Shown piece after piece: positions 29,888 to 44,855 of a stretch of DNA of 64,000 nucleotides. The stretch lies in assembly GCF_009914755.1 (NCBI RefSeq), contig NC_060935.1. One strand, written 5' to 3'. The stretch's first letter is position 1. The number at the start of each line of letters is the position of its first letter. A program made the position numbers and the translations under genes. The notes under the pieces were generated by a model. That model worked only from the letters and a program-made list of their open reading frames with translations. It was not told the origin of the DNA and did not search any database. Origin of the DNA: the human T2T-CHM13v2.0 reference genome, Homo sapiens.

Positions 29888-30220
29888 CGGGGTCCCCAAC
29901 CCTGGGCCATGAACCCGTAGCCATCTGTGGCCTGTTAGGAACCAAGCTGCACAGCAGGAGGTGAGTGGTGGGTACCACCTGAGTTCTGCCTCCTATCAGA
30001 TCAGTGGCAGCATTAGATTCTCACTCAAGCGAGAAGCCTGTTGTGAACTACTCATGCAAGGGATCTAGGTTGCACGCCCCTTACGAGAATCTAATGCCGG
30101 ATGATCTGAGGTGGAGTAGTTTCATCCTAAAACCATCCCCGCCCCTCCTTCCCCTACAGTCATGGAAAATTTTTCTTCCACAAAACTGGTCCCTGGTGCC
30201 AAAAAGTTTGAGGATGACTG
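29888..30220 (+). mobile_element. MER1B-like hAT MITE
   Basis: ggggtccccaacc...ggcctgttaggaacc...gcacagcaggaggtgag...ccctggtgccaaaaag. Confidence 0.9.
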
Positions 30221-30409
30221 TTATAATGTATTCATATTTTATAAGGATTTGGGAATGGTAGATGTATGACAGGGATTTTATTTATCTGAAATAGGGAGTG
30301 GGGATCAAGCAAGAATAAGGATGATTGCTGGAGAAAGTGATTGAACCTTACTAGTTTTGTTCCAGATCCAGAGAAACATGGGATTCTGAAGCTGCAGGTC
30401 CTTTTTGGT

Positions 30410-30610
30410 CTTTTAATGCTAAACAGACTTAGGTTCAAATACTAGCCTTATCATTTATTTTCTGTGTATCACTGGGCAAGTTAATTAACCTCTCTGAGCC
30501 ATGAAAATACTAGTTTGTAAATAATTCCTGCCTCATAAGGTTGTCAGGAGGATTGAATGAATTACAGTGCATCTGTAAAGCATCTGGCATATATTAGTTG
30601 CTTAACAAAG
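30410..30610 (+). mobile_element. MIR
   Basis: ggttcaaatact...ctgggcaagttaattaacctctctgagcc. Confidence 0.75.
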
Positions 30611-32055
30611 TTCCCTTTCTCCCCTTCCCTCTACTTATTCTTATGCTGAGAAGAATGGACTTGCTTAAGATCCCATAGATAATGCAGAACCCAGGCCTCC
30701 AGTCTTTCAGCCATGTGTTCATGCATTATTCCAAAGATATTTTTCGATTATGTGCCAAGAATGAAACTATAACTGTTGATATTGATGAAAAGGCAGTGGC
30801 CTATAGGGTTATTTCTTTGGTCACGGATTCAGCCCTTCCCCAAACACACTTTTTGGAGCTGACCATTCTCTTTTAGGCTCTGTGCCACAGGTTTATTTTA
30901 AGACCGTGAATACAGGGCCTCTCACTTGCACAGGCCTCTTCCAAGACCCTGGGAGTGCCCCCAACAATGTGTTCTACAACCAGTTATATTACAACTATGC
31001 AGAAGTAAAACATTTTATCTGCAGTCAGTTAAGGCAGCTTTTCTCCTACTGACTTTCCCTCTATCATACTTCTTCTTCAATATGGTGACTTTGGAGTGGC
31101 CAGGAGCGCTTTGGGACTTCAAGACCCACAGAAATGAGATTTTTCTACAATTACATGATGGACTTTTTGAAAGCAGTATGATACCTAGCTTTCCTATTCT
31201 CATTTGACAAATGTGTAAAGAACAAACTGCCCTCTGAGATCTATGGACATGGGTACTGTACCAAAGAAGTATGAATTTCATGCTATGCTAAATGCAACAT
31301 TTTAAAACAAAGAACCTGTGGTTAAATTACCCAGTTATTTCATAAAGTAGAATGGGAAAAAAATGTAAGGCACGTCATGGGTTGGTGTTTCTTCAGTATA
31401 CTAGAAAATCCCACATAATTGGACCTAGAAATTTGATATTTACTTTGTAAATTGGTCATGATGAGAAACCAAACCTAGTGAGTTGAGGGGAGGGGATAAA
31501 GTGCTGAGTTAAGGAAGCTACACTCATTCAATAAAACATACTTTGATGAGTGGTGGATTTTAGCGGCACCAAAAGCTGTTTGACTGCATGATGGAGGTGG
31601 GCACGTCGGGGACCTTCGGCACATGCACTATATTTCCTAGCACTGCTGCAGGCAAGTTTTCAGCTAGGATATACTTATCTGAAAGTATTTTGCAGAGTAT
31701 TTACCAGAGGTGGGTAGAGTTCTGATATTAAAGTCTTGATCCTGAGAATGAGGTTATGCAGACCTTATTTCTCTTCCTGTCATTGTGACCTTGGTCGAGT
31801 CGTTTTGCTTCTCTGCCTCTCAATTGTGAATTGAAGCCAATTTGTTCATTCTAGTTAGGACAGTATTGAGAATTAGTAGTGTTACAAGGATTTAGAGAGG
31901 ATAAATATGTATGTATATAGTATGTGTGTATATATGTTGTATATATGTGTATGTGCAGTATATATATTTTTTATTATAACAAAGATGCATCTGTGAGAAT
32001 CTCCCCTGACACAGTTCTACCTTTGGATTTGATGAGAGCCGTGGATACAAGCTGA

Positions 32056-32346
<291 letters not shown>

Positions 32347-34544
32347 TAATATTACTTCCTATGACTGCTTGTCTTTTCTAAAAAAGAGTATTATATTTCC
32401 TTCTTAAAAGTCAGAGTTTCTAAAATCTTCCAGTAGAGTCCAAAAGGTGTGCGTAAGAGTGTGGGTTATGAAGCTGTTCTTTGAAGCACTGGAGAAACCC
32501 TATTCCAAAATGGCAACTGTGCCCTCCACTGGTTTTGGGAACTCCCAAGGAGAGTCCCAGGGGACAATTTCAAAAGAGCATCTATAGCATTTAACAAGCA
32601 CTTAATTGATGTCTCCTTGAATACCACTTCCCTTGACTCAAGCAGCTAGGCGCTGCAACAATAAAAACATCAATAAGTGAAGAAGCTGGCGACACTGACA
32701 AACAAAGCAGACCCTGTTGATGGCTTTCTTTCTGAGTTTTAAGTGGAGAGGCTGGCTGCCTGTCTTTAGGGAGAAACATTCCCTATCACCGTTTATTCAA
32801 TGAGGCTGATGGATTAGGCTGGGTTCAAGGGTTAAGTATGGAGACCAGTAAAGGTCTCCCCAGGGGAAAGTGCCAGAGTCCAGGCCTGGTGAAAAGCAAT
32901 AGGAATTGATGGGCCCTGTCAGGGTGTACGTGAGATGCATGATGACAACAGGCGGAGGCCTGCGGCTGCGGGTAAAAGTGGTATCAGACTTAAGCATGCA
33001 GAGTGTTCAAGTCATTTAGCTATAGCTGGCTCAGGGGAAAGGGGAGCAAGGTAACCATTTTCTTTAGCTAACTTAGGATTTGTTGAATTTGGGGTTCTTA
33101 AATCATAAATTTTTAAAAATGAAGCTATATTTAGTACATGTATTTATTATAGAAATACATTTTTAAACACTTAAATTGAAGGTGGATTTTAAGGACAAGG
33201 AAAAGGAATCCCCTCCCCCCCGACACTATCGCCACCACTAAAAATTAAAAGCTCAAGTTTTCCTAGGTTTTTAAAAAAAATGTAGCTTCATTTGAGTGTA
33301 AAAGAAATTGTTATGAAATAGATTAATAGATTGATGTGCGATGCCCTGGATGATGTTGTTATTGGCCAATGAAAGGCATGAGAGTAGCTAATAAAACATA
33401 CATTCATCTTTTTGGATTTATTTTTATTCATAGGAGATGACTTTTACAGCATAGTGTCTAGGGTGTTGGATGATATTTAGTATACTATTATTCCTATTTT
33501 TAAAACAAATTGCCTACTTGTTTTTCTAGCCAAGTAATGGCAAAAAGACTAATTTTTTTTTTTTTGCGAGTGATTTCTCTCTTCATTGCATGTAATGGCT
33601 TCAAATGCTACCCATGTGTTTATTTTTGTGGCAAAAGAGAGGTGGAAAAAAGGAATGTTCAAAACAACATGACCAAGATGGACAGAGGGCTGTCTCTTAA
33701 GTATTTTCAGTTGGTCTAAAGGAAGACTACTAAAAGAAGGGTGGGCTAAATGTATTTCTATGATTTCTTTCAACCCTGAGTTTGTTTTAAGCAACTAAGA
33801 CTATGTTAATGCGAGGAAGTTTTGCAGCACTTAAAGGGACTGAGCTCGAATCTTTACCTCTTTCCTCTGATTACTTGTGTTTGATTCCATATTACCTCTA
33901 AAGAAGTAATCATTAGAAGAGTGAAATCAGGAAGCTTTCTTATCTCTGTTAGTCAGAATATCCAGATGCTATGGAAGGAACAACTTTGATAACAACCTTG
34001 TATATACAACTTACTATGTTTCTGTCAACGTCCCGAGTGTTTCCATACATTACTTATGCTCTTGGCCCAGGCCTGCAAAGCAGGTATGTTTTTCTTATTC
34101 TGTGCCGAGACTAAGTAAGGTTAGATAACTTGCTTATAGTCACATAGCTAATAAGTGGAAGAATTGGGATTTAAATCCGAATTTTTCTGACACTGTGCTG
34201 CCTTCCCTGAGGATTTTACTGTGAGTGACATTTGCCAGAGATCAGTGGTCCTCAGAAGTAGTACTTACAGCCATCAGCATATCTTTTGCCTGTCACAAAA
34301 TTATTTTGACTCTAAGACAAACAAATACATTTTTTAGGTACCCCTACCATTGGTGCTTTAGGGCCTCCGTGCCCAAATTCCTGCTCTATCACTGACCAAT
34401 TTATGATGATTGACAGGTTATTTAATCTCTCTGGATCATAGTTCATTCTTACATAAAATGGTAATGACAATATCTACTTCATGAGGTTATTATTTGCATT
34501 GGATGAAATTACATAGTGCCTCCCACATGGAAAGTGGGATTCCC

Positions 34545-35232
34545 CAGTCTAGGTTGGGTTCAGAGCACTCTGTACCTCTTTGTGAGCAAATAATGGTGAA
34601 CTGTGTTGTTTGTTGCCTTTTTTTTCCTTTTAGAATGTAAGCACCAAAAGGCAGTAAGTACACTTCCTGTGTGATAGACAGTAGATTTTACACTTTACAG
34701 ATGCCATGTTAGCTGCTGCTGCTGTTATCATTATGACTACTGCTATTTTCATTATTCCATTCATGATTCTACTATGATTCATGAACGAGATTGTTGTTTT
34801 CATTATTCAGAAGGAACATTTCTATCTTGAAGAAGGGACTCAGTTTAGTGTTGAATCAAGAGACAGAAGATCATGATGCTCCTAAATCCTGCTTTTTATC
34901 CCAAAGCCTAGTATTTTCATGCAGAAATTGGGAGCAGGCTTGATTGATTAAGGGAATAAATAAGTAAATATTTGCATCCTAGGGGAGTTATATTGGATCC
35001 CAGAACTACTATTTTGTGGTGTTATCACAGTCCCTTGGGATTATATCTGTCTTGTTAATCTCTACTCATCCTTCAACACTCAGCTTGGCTGTTGCTGTCT
35101 CAAAGAAGCTTTCAGAGAATCCTCAGTCAGGTTGGGTTCAGAGTACTCTGTACCTCTTTGTGAGCAAATAATTGTGAACTGTGTTGTTATAGTGTCTTTT
35201 TTTCCTTCTAGAATGTAAGCACCAAAGGGCAG
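34545..35232. repeat. About 110-bp direct duplication of an L2 segment (34545-34654 and 35124-35232)
   Basis: aggttgggttcagag(c/t)actctgtacctctttgtgagcaaataat(g/t)gtgaactgtgttgtt...tagaatgtaagcaccaaa at offset 578. Confidence 0.95.
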
Positions 35233-35328
35233 GAACCATGGCTGTCTTATTCATTGCTATGCCCTCTGTGCCTAACCCAGTTCATTGCATTCAGTAGTTA
35301 ATTCAGTAACATTTGATGAATGAATAAA
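35050..35328 (+). mobile_element. L2 3' end
   Basis: ctagaatgtaagc...gggcagg...tgtcttattcattgct...gatgaatgaataaa. Confidence 0.8.
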
Positions 35329-35419
35329 TCTCCCTTACCAACACACATATGAAAGATATAGAAAAGATTATTCTGGCCTGTATGCCCTTCCACTTTACTG
35401 TGATCCATAATCTGGTTAC

Positions 35420-37651
35420 ATCCATTTTGGAAAGCAGTTTGGAGTTTAAAATGTTAAACATACATCTACCATATGACCAGCCATTCTTCCCATGGGGATT
35501 TACCCTAGAGAAATGACAACAAAAGTCTGCACAAATATTTGTACGCTAACATTCAAAGCAGCTTTTATTTGTAATAGGCAAAAATTGGAGAAAATAAAAC
35601 AATGTCTATCAACAGTTAACTGGATAAACATTGTGATACATCCATAGAGTAGAATATGGCTCAGTAATAAGTAAGAAGTAACTATTGATACATGCAACAA
35701 CATGGACAGTTTTCAAAGTAATTATGCTAAGTTAATGAAGCAGGATGAAAAAGAGAACATACTTTATGATTCCATATATATAAAATTCTGGAAAGTACAA
35801 ACTAACCCTAGAGATAGAAAGATCAGTGGTTGCCTGGAAGGTAAGTGGGGAGGGTCAGGCTGTAAAGGGCAGGAGGGACGAATAACAGAGGGGTACAAAA
35901 AACTTTTAGGGGAAATGGATATGTTCATTATTTTAATTGGGGTAATGGTTTTACTGGTGTATACAGATGCCAAAACATGTCAAATTATACACTTTAAATA
36001 AATTATTTATTGTATATCAACTATATTTCCAAAAAGCCACAAGGACAAGGAATGTTACTTATACTCTAGCAGTAGCATAAAAACTGAAATACTTGAAAAA
36101 TACAACAAAATGTGTGCCAGATATGTTTAGTGAAACCTAAAAAATGTTGCCGAGAGAAATTGAAGAACAACTTCATAATTGGAAAGATATACCATGCTTG
36201 TGGATCCAAAGACTCAGTATTGTTACCATGTAAATTCTCCCCAAATTGTATAGATTCAAAACAATACAGTCAAAATCCCAGAAGTCTTTTTGTTATTGAA
36301 ATTGACAAGCTAAAACTGAAATGGAAACACATCAGACCTGAAAAAGTCAAAGCAATTTTTTAAAAGAAGAACAAAGTTGCAGGACTTACACTCCTTATTT
36401 TCAAACTTGCTATAAAGCTACGGTAATCAAGACGTGGTGGTATTGGTATAAATTTAGATATATAGGACAATGAAACAGAATAAAGAGTTTAGAAATGGAC
36501 CACACATGTATGGCCTTGTACACTGTCAGTGGGAATGTAAATTGATACAGCCATTTTGGAAAAGAGCATGGAGGTTCCTCAAAAAACTAAAAGTAGAACT
36601 GCCATATGATCCAGCAACCCCACTTGTGGGTATATGTCCAAAGGAATTGAAATCAGTATATTGAAGAGATAGCTGCACTCTCATATTCATTACAGCATTG
36701 TTCATAATAGCCAAGATATGGAATCAACCTAAGTATCCATAAACAGATGAGTGGATAAAGAAAATGTGATGCATATGCACAATGGAATACTATTCAGCTT
36801 GAAAAAAGAATGAAATTTTGTCATTTGTGACAACGTGGATGAATCTAGAGGACATTATGCTATCTAGAGGGCAGGCACAAAAAGACAAACATTGTATTAT
36901 CTCACTAAATGTAGAATCTAAAAGTCTGATCTCATAGAAGTAGAGAGTAGAATGGTGGTTACCAGAGGTTGGAGAGAAAGGCAGGTAAAGGGGAAATATT
37001 GGTCAAAAGGTATAAAGTTTCAGTTAGACAGGAGGAATAGTTCTGGTGATCTATTCACAGTAAGGTGGCTATAGTTAATAATAACATATGTTATATTTCA
37101 ATATTGCTAGAAGAGTGGATTTTAAATGTTTCCACCACAAAGAAATAAGTATGCAAGGTGATGGATTAGTCTGATTTGCTCTTCTACAATGTAAATGTGT
37201 ATGGAGCTATCACATTGTACCCCACAAATGTATACAATTATTACTTGTCAATAAGAATAACATTTTTTAAAAGCTGAAAGAGAATAGGATTAAACAGAGG
37301 GGGAAAGGTAGACTGAGCAAAAATTACTGCTTGAAACATTTTTTAAAAGATGGTATAGGCTGGGCGCAGTGGCTCACACCTGTAATCCCAGCACTTTGGG
37401 AGGCTGAGGCAAGCGGATCACGAGGTCAGGAATTTGAGACCAGTCTGGCCAACGTGATGAAACCCCATCTCCACTAAAAATACAAAAAATTAGCCGGGTA
37501 TGGTGATGTGAGCCTGTAATCCCAGCTACTCAGGAGGCTGAGGCAGGAGAATCACATGAATCTGGGAGGCAGAGGTTGCCGTGAGCCAAGATCGCACCAT
37601 TGCACTACAGCCCGGGCGACAGTGAGAGACTCCGTCTTAAAAAAATAAAAA

Positions 37652-37682
<31 letters not shown>

Positions 37683-39230
37683 ACAGGATGATATAGAGGT
37701 ACAAGATGACACACAAAAAAAGTCCTCAACATCATAGTCATTACAACAGTTTTAAAATAAAAGCACATTGAGTTACCACTATATCTCCACTAGAATGGCT
37801 ATAAGTAAAATTAAAAAGAATGACAATACTGAGTGTTGGTGAGGCTGTGGAGCAACTTGAACTCATACATTACTGGTGAAAATGTGAACTGGTACAACCA
37901 ATTTAGAAAACAGTTCGGCATATAGAACATTTTTTATATGACCCAGCTTCCAAAAGAAATATATATGTGCAGACATATGTCTGCATAAAGACTTATAAGA
38001 TCCCTAAACTAGAAACATCAGCTGGTAATGGATAAACAGAATGTGGAGTATCTATACAGGGGAGTACTACACAGCAATAGAAAGAAAGAAATGGATACAT
38101 GCAGCAACATGAATAAATCTCAGAAGTGTTATGCTAAGTGAACAAAGTCAGATGTAGGAGGCTACTGACTGTATGACTCCGTGTATATGAAATTCTAGAG
38201 TAGAAAAAACTACATTGCCAGGCCTGGGGGATGGGATTGACCACAAAAAAGCAAGAAGGAGCTTTTCAGGTGATGGAAATGTTTTATATTATGATATGGT
38301 GGTGGTTATATCATTATATACACTTGTCAACACTCAATGAATTATACCTTTAAAATTGATAGTTTTTATTGTAAGTAAACTCTATTTCAAAACTTGAAAA
38401 AAAAATTGTGGGATGCAGCTAAAGCAGTGCTTATGGGAAAGTTATAGCATTAAATGCTTATATTATAAAAAGAAGAAAAGTCTAAAAGCAGTGACCAAAA
38501 GTTCATTCCATCTTAAGAACCTAGAAAAAGAAGAGTAAATTAAACTCAAAGCAAGTAGAAGGAAGAAAGCTAAATTAGTTAAATGCTAAATTAGTGAAGT
38601 AGAAAACAGACCAACAGAGAAAGTGTACAGATCCAGCATCTCATAGCAATACTCAGAATGTTCCAAAATTACTCATCATACCAGAAACCAGGCAAATTGC
38701 AACTTCAATGAGAAAAGATAATTAACAGACGCCAACAAGGTGACACAGATGTTAGAATTATCTGGTAAAGATTTTTAAAAGGTTATCACAAAAAAAGCCT
38801 CTAATAAGCAATTATGACTACTGTCAAAACAAATGGAAAACAGAAAGTTTCAGTAAAAAGACAGAAGATATAAAGAAGAGCTAAATGGAAATTTCAAAAC
38901 TGATTACAATACCTAAAATTGAAAACTCACTGGATGGGCTCAATAGGAGAATGGAGATAACAAGAAAAAACTGGAGAACTTGAAGATAAATCAATAGGAA
39001 TTCTCCAGTGTGAACAACAGAGAAGAAATAGATTGGTGAAAAATGAACAGAGCTTCAGAGACTTGTGGGACAATCACAAAAGATATAATATTTGTGTCAT
39101 TAGAATTTTAGAAGAAGAGAAAGAATGTGGGACTGAAGAAATATTTGAAGAAATAATGGCTAAAAACGTCCCAAATTAGCAAGAGACATAAATGTACAGA
39201 CTCAAGAAGCTGAACCAACCACCAACATCC
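35420..39230 (+). mobile_element. Nested sense-strand L1 cluster (L1MB/L1ME 3' ends, L1MA 3' end at about 36515-37270, ORF2/ORF1 pieces)
   Basis: Multiple L1 3' signatures (gccatatgatccagcaacccca; atggaatactattcagc; tacatgcaacaacatgga). Interrupted by the Alu at 37358. Confidence 0.85.
37358..37682 (+). mobile_element. AluSg-like with (TAAA)n tail
   Basis: gcggatcacgaggtcagga...gagaccagtctggccaac. Confidence 0.92.
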
Positions 39231-39439
39231 AAAGAATAAATAGTATAAATTTACATAAATTGTGTAACCTGAATAAATTGTAGCAATACTTCTTATTTCA
39301 AATAGTAATTAGAAAAGAGGAAAAATAAACTGGTTTATATATCCAAATATATATACATAAGGAAAGGAGAAAATATGCATAGGTGCCACATTCTTTGCTT
39401 CTGTTGCTTGATCTCCAGACCATAGGTGATATTTGTAAC

Positions 39440-39747
39440 TTTCTTCTTCTTCTTCTTCTTTTTTTTTGAGACGGAGTCTCTCTGTCGCCCAGGCTGTAGT
39501 GCAGTGGCGCAATCTCGGCTCACTGCAAGCTCCGCCTCCCGGGTTCACGCCATTCTTCTGCCTCAGCCTCTCCGAGTAGCTGGGACTACAGGCGCCCACC
39601 ACCACGCCCGGCTAATTTTTTGTATTTTTAGTAGAGACGGGGTTTAACCGTGATAGCCAGCATGGTCTCGATCTCCTGACCTCGTGATCCGCCCGCCTCA
39701 GCCTCCCAAAGTGCTGGGACTACAAGCGTGAGCCACCATGCCCGGCC
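39440..39747 (-). mobile_element. AluY with (TTC)n-converted tail
   Basis: ctgcaagctccgcctcccgggttcacgccattct; tcgatctcctgacctcgtgatcc. TSD about gtaacttt on both sides. Confidence 0.95.
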
Positions 39748-39819
39748 GTAACTTTTTTCTTCTATCCATTCCATGTTCCCTTCGTTCCCAACCAGCAGTC
39801 TTGCATATTTACTACAGAC

Positions 39820-40920
39820 TCAATTTCTTTAATGTCTCTAATACAATTCAGATTTCCTTCTTGTGTTGGTTTTGATAAATTGTATTTTCCAGGGAATTTG
39901 TTCATTTTATCTAAATTACAAAATGTATTGGTATAAAGTCATTCGTAATATTCTCTTGTTGTTTAAAGCCTGTAAGATTTGGAATGATGTACTCTTTTTC
40001 ATTCCTGATACTGGCAATTTTTGTTTTATGTCTTTCATGATGAATCTTGTTGGAGGTTTATCCATAATCTTTTCAAAGAATTGACTTTTTTTTTTTTTTT
40101 AAAGACAGAGGGTCTCACTCTGTCACCCAGGCTGGTGTGCAGAGGTGCAATTGTAGCTAACTGTAACTTCAAATTCCTGGGCTCAAGTGATTCTCCCACC
40201 TCAGTCTCCCCAGTTGCTAGGACTACAGAATTGTCCCACTATGGCTAATTTTATTTTTTGGCGGGGGGTGGGGGCGGTAGACAAGCTCCTGCTATGTTGT
40301 TGTGGGCTGATCTTGAACTCCTGGTTTCAAGCAATCCTCCTGCCTCGGCCTCCCAAAGCACTGGGGTTACAGGCATGAGCCACTGCACCTGGCCTCAACT
40401 TTTGAGTTTTGTTGATTTTTCTGTTGTGCTTTTTTTGTATTTAATTACTACTCCTTTCTTGATTAATTTCTTTCTCTCCTTTGATGAATTTAAGTTGCTG
40501 TTGTTTTCTAGCCTTTTGACTTGATAGATCAGGTCATTGATTTCAATATTTGTTTTTCTAATATATGCATATAAAGCTATAAATTACTCTTCAATTGCTG
40601 CCTTAGGTGCATTTCCAGATTTTGATGTGTCATATTTCTATTGTCTTTAAGCTCAAAATATTTTCTGATTTCCATTGTATTATCTTCTTTGACACATATT
40701 TATATAAAAGTACATTGCTTACTTTTGTCAGATTTTTAAGTTAATAGTTTTTTTATGGATTTCTGGTTTGATTCTACTGTGGTCAGAAAATATACTCTAC
40801 GATTTTATTATTTTAGAATTTATTGAAACTATATGGCCCCATAAAAGGTCTATTTTGGTAAATGTTCTGTGTGTGATTAAAAAGAGGGCGCATATGCACC
40901 TGTGGATTTAATGTTCTTAC
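39820..40920 (-). mobile_element. Old L1M fragment (antisense) interrupted by AluJ
   Basis: taaagctataaattactct...ttgattctactgtggtcagaaaatatactc. Confidence 0.7.
40086..40394 (-). mobile_element. AluJ
   Basis: agggtctcactctgtcacccaggctgg...tcctgggctcaagtgattctcccacctcag. Confidence 0.9.
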
Positions 40921-41204
40921 TAGGCCAGTTAGGTAAGTCTAGCTACCTCAGCACCTTTAGCATAATCAAAATATCCCCTTGCTTGTTCTCTGAAATAAGC
41001 ATCTCTATTTCTTCTTTTTTCTGTAGCCTTTGTCATTTCTGTAATAGTTAAATTCATTATCCTACTTAAAATTAAAAATGGTTTAAATACAGTATTTACT
41101 ATATGAGAATCAAAGAGAAATCATGCAGCAGACCTTTTTAGCTGTTGCCCCAAAGAATTTTTAAGAGGCCTGGAGAGAGAGGAGTCTTCCATTTGGGAAT
41201 TTTT

Positions 41205-41509
<305 letters not shown>

Positions 41510-44115
41510 CCATTTGGGAATTTTTAAGAGAAGGAAGCCAGCAATCCCCCAGCATTTAGAGTGGTTTTACTAGGTCTGCTTGGATGCAGAAGAATAGACC
41601 AAGTGACTTCCTGAGATCCCTTTGGTTGTAATGATTCTAAGCCATCAGAAGTACAGGCAGATCTGTAAGGTGTGATTCCGTATGGAAAAGTACCAAACTT
41701 CAATGCATAAAAAATGTCAGATTCCTTCACTTTCTTGCGGAACACAGAGAGATTGCATGTGTTAAGATAAGGGTATATTTGCAGGTGATAGCCAACAGCA
41801 TGTTGAAATTGAAGAAAGAAAACAAGAAGTTATTTTAATGGAGGAGAGAGAGCCGAATATGGTGAACCAGATCTTATTTCGTTCAGGATTCTAATGATGC
41901 CTGTACTGAGGAATAACGTGCAGATTCAAGCCCTAGACTTCCAGCATGTTTTTCACAAATGTAAAGGCATCCGAAGGCAGTGCTTATGTTAAAGGGTTGG
42001 AAGAATTGATTTACAGAGACCATTTTAAAGCAACTGGCTCCAGGTCTTGCTAAAGGAACATAAAGCAGTGATTAAAGGCCAGTTCACAGATTGCACTTCC
42101 GAGAGCTATGAGAGAAACTTGGGCCTAGTGTAAGAGGGAAGAGATGTAAGATAAATGATGAGGGAGATCTACCTGGATATTAGCTTGAAAATTGATAGTG
42201 CACTCTAGAATCACTCTCCAGGAGAAAGTTATTAGAGCCACAACAGTCCTTTCTCCATCCTTTGTCAAATCATTGCACAAATAGATGATGCCAATACACT
42301 ATACTGGGATACACAAACAAGGCTGCGGCACACTAGATGTGACCCACCCGAGGCCTCACTGCTGATGGGTGAGGATTAGCTCTTTACATGAGCATTACCC
42401 ATTCATAGCACCCCAGTCAGAAAGCTCTGTTTAAAAGAAACACAGTGTCAGAATGTGAAGATCTTAGGATCATCCTGTCACTTCAGGCTTTATTGCTGAG
42501 AAAACTGAAGTGCACAGAGGTTAAGTTACTTCTTTGGGGTGTTAAATGTACATTGAATATAATCCTTAAAGGCACACCATAGCAAGTTCTTGGGAATGAA
42601 AGGCTAGACCATGTAGGAAAGCCTGTTTTCTTCCAGTGTCTGTGACTTGAGCACACAGACATTTGGACCGAATACCGGGTATCATTATTTATTTAATTGG
42701 AAGAAAACAGAGGGGTTATTTGTGTGTTTATATGGGTCGTATTTCCTATTGGAAGGCAAAGCGCTTTGGGAAATGTTCCATTCTCTCTCCAGCCCTGAAA
42801 TCAGGAGCTAGGAATGATCTTCTCTGGCCCTGTGTGTTTCTGACTTGTTTGACAAGCTCTAGTGAGCTACCAGATGTGGAAATTCTTTTCAGCCTGGGAT
42901 AATTTATTTATCTGTTTATGTATTTTACTAGGAAAGTATCTATTGAGTTCTTGATACTCATTTGCGAGGGACTCCTAGGGGAACAGTAGCAGTGTATAGT
43001 GTTACTTGAATGTTTGATTTTTTTTTTCCAAGTCTGTCTGCTTTTATTTCAGATCTGAGAGCTGGGAAATAAAAAGCAACTTATTCCTCCTCCCCTCCTC
43101 CATCTTTGAGAGAGACAGTTTAAAACATGTGGCAGAAAATGAGCCATGGAGACTTGGCTGAATGTATGAATCTGTGAATTTATTTTTTCTTTCATTCTTT
43201 GATCCTCATTTCCAACCATAAAAATTACTAGTAGCACTTAAGTGTTGAACATTTTCACCTGAGAGATGTGAAATGCTCTTGGCTAAGAATATTCATTATA
43301 AAGTCAGTGAATGAATTCCTATTCATGTGAGAATACGAGTTCACCAGAGCAACTGTGTGTTGTTAGGCACACAAAATATTGATGCTCTCCCTTTTACAAC
43401 CTGGGCATCTTGTAGGTGGTAGCACTGGTAAAACCTCCTGAGTGCTAATACATTGTGAGAATTTATTTGTATTACTTTGTTCACAACTTCCTAAGGTAAT
43501 AACAAGTACATACTCTCAAAGAACCATGGAAGACCGCAAAATAGCATGGAATGCCCCAGTTTTTTCATGAGAACATAAAACCATCTTTGAGTGGGGTTTC
43601 CTGATGCAGGAAGCACCAAGAAGAAAGACACCAAAGGAGAATGAGCTTGGTGTGTGTGGTAGTACAGGGGACCCATCATCATATCGGTGTGGCAGAGTAG
43701 GAATTTTGTTTTGGTGAGCAGTGGAAGCTAGGCTGCTTAGGGTAATAGAGGGCCAGCGGAGGTGCAGGCTGAGAGGTCAACTGAAAAGTTTAATGTGACA
43801 GGCAGAAAAGAGGTGTTGTAGGTTTTTAGAGAAGTATATGGTAAAAGCCATCAGATCACAAGATGACTTAGAGGTTGCAGAGACTGGAGATTGTGCTAGT
43901 GGAAAATCTATAGACTTAGTGTTTGAATGGATTGAAGAACCAAGGAGAAGGAAAAGACCAGCTTACTCCATAGCTCAGATTTAATTAGTGATGAGGGGGC
44001 CTCACTAATTGGAGAATTCCAGAGCTGAGATGCTGTATAACGTTTATATTTTAAACAGAATTAGTAAAACTTATGGCTATCTATATGTGTATTCAAGGAG
44101 AGTAAGAGATTATAG

Positions 44116-44435
<320 letters not shown>

Positions 44436-44553
44436 TAGAATCTGCAATTCTAAATAAATGATCCCACTTTTTCTCTTCTCACTACAACAATTGAAAAATA
44501 GAAATGACATATCCTAGAATTAGACTTCATAACCTCCTTTAAAAACTAGCAGA

Positions 44554-44855
44554 TGACTGAGCACAGTGACCCATTCCTGTAATTCCTACACTTTGGGAAC
44601 CTGAGGTGAGAGAATGGCTTGAGGCCAGGAGTTCAAGACCAGCCTGAACAACATAGTGAGACCTCATCTCTACTAAAAATTAAATTAAAAAAAAAAAAAT
44701 TAACCAAGTGTGGTGGCGCTCACCTGTAGTCCCAGCTACTCAGGAGGCTGAGTGAGGTGGGAGAATCACTTGAGTCTAGGATCGTGCCACTGCACTCCAG
44801 CCTGGGCAACAAAGTGAGACCCTGTCTCAAAAAAATAAATAATTAAAAATAAAAA
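44554..44855 (+). mobile_element. AluJ (diverged, internal deletion)
   Basis: ttgaggccaggagttcaagaccagcctg...acatagtgagacctcatctct. Confidence 0.88.

Noticed and set aside
43983-44010. 9-bp stem hairpin aattagtga...tcactaatt
   Set aside because: Short and AT-rich; such stems are plausible by chance in 64 kb, and it lies in probable old repeat sequence.
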